A DNA stretch of 52,422 bases from NCBI GenBank assembly GCA_013817545.1, contig JACDCM010000001.1:1-52422 (forward strand), given 5' to 3'. Positions 45,923-52,422 of this stretch are shown here, in pieces; positions within the stretch are counted from its first letter, which is position 1; every line of letters begins with the position of its first letter. The position numbers and the translations under genes are program-made. The notes below the pieces were generated by a model. That model did no database searches. It was not told the origin of the DNA and saw only the letters and a program-made list of their open reading frames with translations. The stretch comes from Gemmatimonadaceae bacterium (GTDB lineage: Bacteria > Gemmatimonadota > Gemmatimonadetes > Gemmatimonadales > Gemmatimonadaceae).

Positions 45923-46686
45923 TGAAACCTTTCCTGTAACTCAGTCACCAGTTGGGCGTACGCTCGCGCCGAAGCATCGGAAGCATTTCGCACAACAACT
46001 GGCTGGCCGGCCGCGAACGCTTCCGCGGCGGCCGCCGAACGGGGCACAACAACGTCGAACACCATATCCGGGGGAAGGTGCCGCCGCACATAGTCGGCAA
46101 CGCGAGTACAGACTTCGTTGTTCTCATCGAACATTGTCAGGACGATACCATCGAGTGTGAGCTCTTCGTTGTCGAGGGAAATGTTCTCCAGGGCTCGCAG
46201 GATCTGTGGCGTGGTCTGTAGCGCAAGGGGCTCGCATTGAAGCGGAACGATGACATGCTGGCTTGCCGACAACACCTGCCGCACAATGCCACCAAGACCG
46301 GGAGGAGTGTCGACGATCACGACATCGCAGCGCGCCCGCGCGCTGGCAAGCAGCGCAGGAAGCAGATCCGTCTCGACCATCAACTCCTGAAATGCACTCT
46401 GATCACTTTCATTGGTAACGGTCCCCACCAGAATGACCCTGAGCCAGGGTAGAGTGGTGGGCAGGACTATCTCCCGGAGTGTACGGGTTCCGGCGATATA
46501 ATCCGCCAGACCGTACGCTGTGTGATTCGGGCGCAGTCCCGCACCATACTTTACCGCGCCCTGAGGATCACAATCTACCAGGAGCGTCTTCACGCCACGT
46601 AGCGCGAACTCCGCGGCCAGGTTCACGGCGGTGGTCGTTTTGCCGACGCCCCCTTTCTGACTGACTACGGCCAGGACATGCCCCAC
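45919..46686 (-). CDS. ParA/Soj/MinD-family ATPase (orphan; no parB adjacent)
   Basis: Deviant Walker A VVSQKGGVGKTTTAVNLA, plus LLVDCDPQG and Walker B VVIVDTPP. Confidence 0.88.
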   Translation of the reverse strand: MGHVLAVVSQKGGVGKTTTAVNLAAEFALRGVKTLLVDCDPQGAVKYGAGLRPNHTAYGLADYIAGTRTLREIVLPTTLPWLRVILVGTVTNESDQSAFQELMVETDLLPALLASARARCDVVIVDTPPGLGGIVRQVLSASQHVIVPLQCEPLALQTTPQILRALENISLDNEELTLDGIVLTMFDENNEVCTRVADYVRRHLPPDMVFDVVVPRSAAAAEAFAAGQPVVVRNASDASARAYAQLVTELQERFQ

Positions 46687-46689
46687 CTG

Positions 46690-47145
46690 TTATTCGCGTT
46701 CCGGCACGGCGCCGGCATCGCTGTCGGTCTTGATGTGCTCGAGGGTCTCGCGCGCGTGCCTGACCCACCTTTCGCCCTCTTCACCCGCGGGCGCGTTCGC
46801 GAGAAACGCGTCGAGATGTTCGCCGGCGGCGGACGAATCCCCGCGTTTGAGTAATAGGAACGCCAGGCCATAGTGTGCTCCGGATAGCCCTGCATCAAGC
46901 TCGAGAGCACGTTGATAGGCACGGATCGCGTCGTCCATGCGGCCGGTCCTTGAAAACGCGATCGCCATATTCTGGAGAATGCGCGGATCGTTGGGGCGAT
47001 CACGCAGCGCGAGACGATACGACGTGAGGGCGGCGTCAAAGTCTCCCTGGCGCTCGAGCGCCAGAGCTTCACTCAGGTAGTCCAGCCGCTGCGGCTTTGC
47101 GGCGCCGCGCGGGTTATCGCCGAAAAAGCGGCGCCACCAGGACAT
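46690..47145 (-). CDS. Tetratricopeptide-repeat protein
   Basis: A 151 aa protein with repeated A-x-x-x-Y-x-x-A-L-x-x-x-P patterns (ALTSYRLALRDRPND, AIRAYQRALELDAG). The stop is 3 nt before the ParA-like start. Confidence 0.7.
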   Translation of the reverse strand: MSWWRRFFGDNPRGAAKPQRLDYLSEALALERQGDFDAALTSYRLALRDRPNDPRILQNMAIAFSRTGRMDDAIRAYQRALELDAGLSGAHYGLAFLLLKRGDSSAAGEHLDAFLANAPAGEEGERWVRHARETLEHIKTDSDAGAVPERE

Positions 47146-47371
47146 GCGTTTGTGTCGAGTGTTCGGAGACTGATGGGCGGAGCGAGGGAAAGTGACGGCG
47201 CGAACCTTCTACGCGGCATCTCTTGGCGACCGCCAAGTTACCGTCTTCACCACCCGGCGGCAACCGCGCTTCCGTGCACTGCGCGAGGTGGATATTTTGG
47301 ATGCGCGGCTCTCGGCCGCCCGCGACTTTGGCCGCTCGAAGCCGGAGACTCAGTCCACCAGGAGCAGCCAC

Positions 47372-47899
47372 ATGTCACCACGCCGCCAACCGATCGACCG
47401 AAGCCGCGGAATCTTCGAGGTGGACTGGCAACTCTTCGGCGAGTTGTCTCGGGCGCTCGCACTCAAGGTCGCGCGCGGGTACGACCCAGAACTGGTTGTA
47501 GGAATCGCCACGGCTGGTGTAATTCCCGGCGCGACGATCGCGGCGATCCTGGGCCGAGAGTTTCACTCCATCGTCGTCAGCCGCCGCATAGGCTCGGAGC
47601 GTGTGCGAGCGACCCCTGCGGTTCTCGGCGCCGCCCCCGCGGAAGTGCGCGGCCGCCGCGTGCTGATTGTCGACGAAACCTGCGATAGTGGCGATACGCT
47701 CCGTCTGGCGGTCGCGTCGGTGGTTAACGCGGGAGCATCCGACGTCCGCACCGCGGTAGGATTTCAGACCGGAGGTTATGCAGCGGACTTCTCCGCGCTG
47801 GAGACTGAGAGTGTCATCATCCTCCCGTGGGATCGCGAGATCCTGAAGGACGGGAATCTGGTGCTACGGCCGGAATATGCGGAGGTGCTTGGGGAGTAG
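47372..47899 (+). CDS. Phosphoribosyltransferase-domain protein
   Basis: PRPP-binding motif RRVLIVDETCDSGDTL. The start was chosen at MSPRRQPIDRSRG. The ORF is open from 47192. Confidence 0.75.
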   Translation: MSPRRQPIDRSRGIFEVDWQLFGELSRALALKVARGYDPELVVGIATAGVIPGATIAAILGREFHSIVVSRRIGSERVRATPAVLGAAPAEVRGRRVLIVDETCDSGDTLRLAVASVVNAGASDVRTAVGFQTGGYAADFSALETESVIILPWDREILKDGNLVLRPEYAEVLGE

Positions 47900-48007
47900 C
47901 GGATTGCGGGCTACGGATCGGACTGACCTGACTCCTCTCCTGCACAATACCGGCGTTGAATTACGAATAGCGAGTCGGAAGTCCGCAATCCGCAGTCCGC
48001 AATCCGG
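47899..48007. repeat. GGATTGCGG-type inverted repeat pair (second copy of the family at 27667-27808)
   Basis: The left arm is GCGGATTGCGGGCTACGGATCGGACTG (47899-47925). The right arm is AGTCGGAAGTCCGCAATCCGCAGTCCGCAATCCGG (47973-48007). It lies between convergent gene ends. Confidence 0.85.
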
Positions 48008-48011
48008 TTTC

Positions 48012-48572
48012 TTACGCCGCTTGCACCGCTGCTTCGTACTCCATTCCACGCTCGATTCCCTCGTAGATATTCCCAACCACTTCGCTGGCGCCGAGTAGAA
48101 ATCTGCAGCGAGAAGCGCCCATTGTACGGCACTCGACCTCGAGCACCGCGATCGGCGTATCCGCCAGCTGGCCGAAGAATCCCGCCAACATTCCGGTGGT
48201 AAGAAAACACGCTGGCTGCGGCAGGTGCACAGCGGGGTCAACCTCACGCCAGTCACCTGAGTCGACAGTAGCTACAGCGTCTCCGATAGACCCGAGTGTG
48301 AACGATCCCCAACCTGCGTCGCTGAAATAACCTGAGGCGAGTTCGCCAAACTCCTCAAGGTCGAGTTCTCCAGGATCACCATCGATTCGGCCTTTCGCCC
48401 ATTCCTTGAAGGACTGAAATACGCTTTCACTCCCGGCGTATCCGGCTTCCTGCAGATGCGAGGCGCCCGAAATGGCGGCATCGTTAAGAAGGGTACCCCT
48501 GAGCGAAGCAAGCGCGGTCCGGCTCAGTGCGACCATCTGGTGATCGTTGAGATCAATCGAGGTATGTGGCAT
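48012..48572 (-). CDS. V4R (4-vinyl-reductase-like) domain protein
   Basis: The C-terminal CFLTTGMLAGFFGQLADTPIAVLEVECRTMGASRCRFLLG matches the V4R pattern. The start was chosen at MPHTSIDL, 4 nt after the ligA stop. Confidence 0.65.
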   Translation of the reverse strand: MPHTSIDLNDHQMVALSRTALASLRGTLLNDAAISGASHLQEAGYAGSESVFQSFKEWAKGRIDGDPGELDLEEFGELASGYFSDAGWGSFTLGSIGDAVATVDSGDWREVDPAVHLPQPACFLTTGMLAGFFGQLADTPIAVLEVECRTMGASRCRFLLGASEVVGNIYEGIERGMEYEAAVQAA

Positions 48573-48576
48573 GAGA

Positions 48577-50628
48577 CTATTCCGTTGTTTGTGAGCGTCC
48601 GACCCGGCGTAACAATTCCGCCTCATCGATGACGGTGGCACCAAGATTTCTTGCCTTTTCCAGCTTGCTTCCAGCATTATCACCAGCCACCACGAAGCTC
48701 GTCGATTTGGATACCGAACTCGTGACGTGGCCGCCGTGCGCTACAACCAGCTCTGTTGCCTGCTCCCGCGAGAGCGTCGGCAGGGTTCCGGTAATGACGA
48801 CCGTAAGTCCCGCGAGGGCACCATCGGTCGCCGCGAAGCCGTGCTCTGCAAACTCAACGCCGCGATCGCGGAGCTTCTCAACCAGCACTTGTGTAGTGGG
48901 ATTCGAGAAATATGCCCTCACCGCATGCGCTATGATCTCGCCTATTCCGCGAACTCGGAGGATGTCCTCTTCAGAAGCGGAGGCAAGAGCGTCGAGCGAC
49001 CCGAAATGATGCGCCAGAAGCTGCGCTGCACCCACGCCGACGTGACGAATGCCCAGCCCGTTAAGCAAGCGTGAAAGCGGTTGCTTTCTCGAGCTCGCTA
49101 TCGCCGCGATCAGGTTATCCGCGCTCTTCCGGGCATAGCGCTCGAGCGCCAGGAGCTGATCGGCGGTCAAACTGAAGATGTCCGCGACGTCGTGGACGAG
49201 ATCGGCGCTGATGAGCTGTTCTATGCGCGCGTAACTGAGCCCGCGGATGTCCATGGCACCCCGCGAGGCGAAGTGAACGATCCCCTCGAGTTGCCGTCCC
49301 GGGCACGCGACGTTGGGACAGTAGATGGCCACCTCCTCTTCGTCCCGTTCGGCTGCCGTTTTGCACGCCGGGCATTGACGGGGCATCCGCCATGCTTGCT
49401 CAATGCCGGTTCGTCGCTCCGGAAGGGGCGCAATGATCTGTGGAATGACTTCGCCGGCCCGCTTTACCTGCACCCAGTCGCCGATCCGGAGATCCTTGGT
49501 CACGACAAGATCTTCGTTATGCAGGGTAGCGAGTTTTACCGTAGTGCCGCCAATCTCCACCGGCTCGAGAACGGCGTAGGGGTTGAGGGCCCCAGTACGG
49601 CCGACATTCACACGAATGTCAAGCAGTCTCGTCACGGCGATGTCTGGCGCAAACTTCCGCGCTATGGCCCAGCGCGGCTCGCGGCCTCCCACTATGCCCA
49701 GTTCATCCTGAAGAGCGAGGGAGTTCACTTTTAATACGATGCCGTCAATTCCGAAGTTGAGAGACGCGCGTCCACTTCCTTCAATTCGCGCCACGAACTC
49801 ACTGGCGCTCTCGATGTCCGCGCACCAATTGCGGTGTGACTCGACCGGAATTCCCCAACGCTCCAGCGTGTCAAGCAGATCCCACTGCGATGCGAAGGGA
49901 AGGTCGCTGCCCGATGGCGCGGCTGCGGCAAAGCCGTAAAAGCGGAGCGGACGAGAAGCAGTCACTGACGGATCCAGCTGCCGAAGCGCTCCTGCCGCGG
50001 CGTTACGGGGATTCGCGAATAGGGATTGCCCATCACGCGCGCGTGCCTCGTTCATGCGTTCGAAGCGATCGAACGGCATATAGACCTCGCCCCGGACCTC
50101 GATGATCTCGGGAGGATTGGAGTCGAGAAGCCGGAGTGGAATGTCACGGATAGTCCGGATATTCGGCGTCACATCCTCCCCGATTACCCCGTTACCACGA
50201 GTTGCGCCGCGCTCGAGTACGCCGCGGCGGTAAGTCAGAGCTATCGCGGCTCCGTCTATCTTGAGCTCTGCCGTGTAGCCAAGGGCGCGCACATCGTCAC
50301 CCGCTACACGAAGCAGGCGGCCCTCCCAGTCCCGCAACTCGTCATCGGTGAAGGCGTTGCCAAGCGATAGCATTGCGGTGAAGTGCTGATGCTTGGCAAG
50401 AAGGCTTTGTGGGGGCGCTCCAACTCGCGCAGTAGGAGAATCGGGTACTCGGAGCTCGGGAAAGTCGCGCTCGAGGTCCAGAAGCTCGCGGAACAGGCGG
50501 TCGTATTCGAGGTCCGAGATCTCCGGGCTATCAAGCACGTGATACTGGTGATTGGCGCGCTCGATACGTTGGCGAAGATCATCCGCGCGAGCTGAATTCT
50601 CATGAATCGAGAGGCTCATTGCTGGCAC
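48577..50628 (-). CDS. ligA: NAD-dependent DNA ligase
   Basis: Adenylation Lys in ELKIDGAAIAL. Zinc finger CPACKT...CPNVACP. An HhH region and a C-terminal BRCT segment (GLTVVITGTLPTLSREQA) are present. Confidence 0.97.
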   Translation of the reverse strand: MPAMSLSIHENSARADDLRQRIERANHQYHVLDSPEISDLEYDRLFRELLDLERDFPELRVPDSPTARVGAPPQSLLAKHQHFTAMLSLGNAFTDDELRDWEGRLLRVAGDDVRALGYTAELKIDGAAIALTYRRGVLERGATRGNGVIGEDVTPNIRTIRDIPLRLLDSNPPEIIEVRGEVYMPFDRFERMNEARARDGQSLFANPRNAAAGALRQLDPSVTASRPLRFYGFAAAAPSGSDLPFASQWDLLDTLERWGIPVESHRNWCADIESASEFVARIEGSGRASLNFGIDGIVLKVNSLALQDELGIVGGREPRWAIARKFAPDIAVTRLLDIRVNVGRTGALNPYAVLEPVEIGGTTVKLATLHNEDLVVTKDLRIGDWVQVKRAGEVIPQIIAPLPERRTGIEQAWRMPRQCPACKTAAERDEEEVAIYCPNVACPGRQLEGIVHFASRGAMDIRGLSYARIEQLISADLVHDVADIFSLTADQLLALERYARKSADNLIAAIASSRKQPLSRLLNGLGIRHVGVGAAQLLAHHFGSLDALASASEEDILRVRGIGEIIAHAVRAYFSNPTTQVLVEKLRDRGVEFAEHGFAATDGALAGLTVVITGTLPTLSREQATELVVAHGGHVTSSVSKSTSFVVAGDNAGSKLEKARNLGATVIDEAELLRRVGRSQTTE

Positions 50629-50655
50629 CGCGGTCTCGCCGCTAACGGCGCCTTA

Positions 50656-51174
50656 CTAGGCGTCGTTGTCCTTCGAACCCGCACCACCGTGGTCGCTCCT
50701 GGCGAGATAATTCTCCACGAATAGCAATCCGTTTTCACCCGCCCGGCGAACCATCTTGAGCAGCGTATCCATGCTCGACACCTCCTCGAGCTGCTCGCTC
50801 ACGAACCACTCGAGAAAGTTCTTGGTCATGTGATCGTTTCCCTTTATGGCGAGATCCATGATGCCGTTGATCTGCTTGGAAACGCTCATTTCCCAGTTGA
50901 GAGAAAGACTGACCGCCTCATCCGCGGAAGTGAACTTGCTTTTGGGGGCCGGAATCGCCGGAATCTCGATGCGTCCGTCGGCGTCGACGACGAACTTCAC
51001 GAAGCGCATGGCGTGCTCGCGCTCCTCGAGAGCCTGTTTGTAAAAGTGCTTGGATAGGGCCGGCAGTCCTTCGCAATCGAAGTAAGCCGCGATGGCAACG
51101 TATTGGAGAGACGCGCCAAACTCGTGGCCTATCTGCTCGTTGAGAATGCCGTTTATTTCGGGACTGATCAGCAT
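50656..51174 (-). CDS. ftn: Bacterial non-heme ferritin
   Basis: The start was chosen at MLISPEINGILNEQIGHEFGASLQY. Ferroxidase-centre residues appear in EQIGHE, EEREHA, NWEMSV and SEQLEE. The ORF extension to 51423 runs through a terminator and a repeat, so it is rejected. Confidence 0.9.
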   Translation of the reverse strand: MLISPEINGILNEQIGHEFGASLQYVAIAAYFDCEGLPALSKHFYKQALEEREHAMRFVKFVVDADGRIEIPAIPAPKSKFTSADEAVSLSLNWEMSVSKQINGIMDLAIKGNDHMTKNFLEWFVSEQLEEVSSMDTLLKMVRRAGENGLLFVENYLARSDHGGAGSKDNDA

Positions 51175-51268
51175 CGTGCTATTCTCCGGTCGATCTGTGG
51201 GTCGTTCTGAAGCTCGTGCTGCTGAAAGGTAGCGAAGTGCGGGACGACGGACGAGGGATGTGTTTTTT

Positions 51269-51431
51269 GGGAGTGGGGGTTGGGGGTTGGGGAGTGAACA
51301 AGCACTGCGAAGACTTGAGAGGGGAAGCGGAGATGAGAAAAAAAAAGAGCAGCGTCGCGGCTGAGGCCGCTCGGCTGCTCCACTTAAACTCCCCATCCCC
51401 CATCCCCCATCCCCCATTTCCACTCATCCCC
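51269..51431. repeat. G-tract/C-tract inverted repeat flanking an intrinsic terminator
   Basis: GGGAGTGGGGGTTGGGGGTTGGGGAGTG (51269-51296) and ACTCCCCATCCCCCATCCCCCATCCCCCATTTCCACTCATCCCC (51388-51431). Confidence 0.85.
51338..51380 (-). terminator. Rho-independent terminator downstream of the GAF-domain gene
   Basis: The minus strand reads GAGCAGCCGAGCGGCCTCAGCCGCGACGCTGCTC followed by nine T. The outer 7-bp stem is GAGCAGC/GCTGCTC and the inner stem is GCGGC/GCCGC. Confidence 0.8.
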
Positions 51432-52247
51432 CTACGCGGTTCCTTCCCGTCCTATCGCTGCCCAGGCAAGCGATGTCATCCTGTCCAGTTCGTCGTGCGC
51501 CGCATCGGGCAGGAGTGTCTCCGCGACGCGGTGCTCGGGTCCTTTCAGATAGCCATCGAGCAGTCGGCGCATGAAGGCGATGAGCATCAACCTTTCGCGT
51601 TCCGCACCACGCTGCGCACCCTGCGTCTCCGCATGAACACGCTTCAGTGCCTCGAAACGATGAGCATTGCGAAGGGCACTCGCCGTTAGTGATGCAATCA
51701 CCTGGCAGAATCGAACATCGTGATCGGAGAAGGGCACTGCGGCCCTTTCGCCACTTCTAAGGAAAATTGCGCCGATCGTCGCGCCGTGCCACATAATGGG
51801 AGCAACAATTATCGAGCGGACATTGCGACCCTCCAGCGCGGCGCGCGCCGAGCGAAGCATCGGATCCGTTGCTGCGTCCGGTATAAACACCGCCTTGCCG
51901 GATTCGAGCGCCTGCTTGAGCTCCGGATAACGCTCCAGATCCACAATCAGATTTCGTACTGTCGGATCCTCATACGTGGCGACGAGACGTGCTTCGCGAG
52001 CATCGGCCGCAAGGTAGATGGAGCTTCGGTCGAGTCCGAAGGTTTCACCGAGCTTACGGGCTATGGTCTGGAGAATTTCCTCGAAGTGCAGGGATGTGGA
52101 GATGCCCTGGAGGATGTCAATTACGGCCACCAACTGGTCGCGCTCACGCTCCAGTTCGGCGATTCGCGCCTGCAGGCGCTCAGCTTGCTCGGTGCTCTCC
52201 TGGAACGACTCTTCCCGCACCGGCAGTAGTTGCGGCATGCTCATCAT
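51432..52247 (-). CDS. GAF-domain protein with an N-terminal coiled coil
   Basis: Coiled coil AERLQARIAELERERDQL, then a GAF-like region (SSIYLADAREARLVATYED...VFIPDAATDP...RSIIVAPIMWHGATIGAIFL). The start is uncertain: Met codons at 52247, 52244 and 52238, and the ORF is open to 52331. Confidence 0.7.
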   Translation of the reverse strand: MMSMPQLLPVREESFQESTEQAERLQARIAELERERDQLVAVIDILQGISTSLHFEEILQTIARKLGETFGLDRSSIYLAADAREARLVATYEDPTVRNLIVDLERYPELKQALESGKAVFIPDAATDPMLRSARAALEGRNVRSIIVAPIMWHGATIGAIFLRSGERAAVPFSDHDVRFCQVIASLTASALRNAHRFEALKRVHAETQGAQRGAERERLMLIAFMRRLLDGYLKGPEHRVAETLLPDAAHDELDRMTSLAWAAIGREGTA

Positions 52248-52422
52248 CACTCTCGTCTTGCGCGTTGAATTCAGCGCCATCGAAGCGGACCGCGCAGTTG
52301 CGTCCCTGCTCCTTGGCCATGTAGAGGGCATCGTCCGCAGCCTTCACGAGTTGCTCGCGATGCTTTATCTGCGGATGCGGCCACGCCGCCACCCCGCAGC
52401 TCATCGTGCGGCGCAGTGTGCC
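52180..52422 (-). CDS. GGDEF-domain (diguanylate cyclase) protein, C-terminal fragment; the 5' part lies beyond the window
   Basis: The frame is open to the window edge. TMSCGVAAWP...LVKAADDALYMAKEQGRNC is the typical end of a GGDEF domain. Confidence 0.7.
   Translation of the reverse strand, partial: GTLRRTMSCGVAAWPHPQIKHREQLVKAADDALYMAKEQGRNCAVRFDGAEFNAQDESDDEHAATTAGAGRVVPGEHRAS

Noticed and set aside
50656-51423. N-terminally extended ORFs: ferritin to 51423, the OppD-like gene to 20276, DUF3108 to 9140, the SBP to 23693, GNAT from 37714 and PRTase from 47192
   Set aside because: The extensions run through repeats or terminators or overlap the upstream gene. They lack family similarity. 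Internal starts give signal peptides or canonical N-termini and ATGA-type coupling.

Overview
This is a high-GC, densely coding bacterial chromosomal segment with about 50 protein genes. I saw no rRNA, tRNA, CRISPR array or transposase. Gene content and composition would fit a soil lineage such as Gemmatimonadota or Acidobacteriota, but that is a guess I cannot verify.

Housekeeping genes dominate:
- a lipA-pdhA-pdhB-pdhC operon
- a five-gene Opp/Dpp-type peptide ABC importer and a POT peptide transporter
- a lipoate-ligase-like gene with gcvP and gcvH
- coaE, tdk, sbcD-sbcC, folE plus an SDR, fadD, ligA and a ferritin
- signalling and sensor proteins: H-NOX, V4R, GAF and GGDEF
- one lower-GC islet carrying a VapBC module whose VapC is frameshifted

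The most unusual signals are:
1. A sigma70-like promoter, a rod-like structured RNA of about 200 nt and an intrinsic terminator lie directly upstream of folE. I cannot assign this RNA to a known class.
2. A DEAD-box-like protein has every catalytic motif degenerate. It keeps an intact DbpA-type RNA-binding domain and a long Arg-rich tail.
3. Several families of hairpins or inverted repeats are built from microsatellite-like units: GGGACAA, GGATTGCGG, G-tract/C-tract, CAGCCAT and ACTGGC. They sit at most of the convergent gene junctions and at several other gene or operon boundaries. Some have been absorbed into ORF ends.

All calls come from reading the sequence and the supplied ORF translations. 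No database search or folding program was run, so family names reflect motif recognition only.
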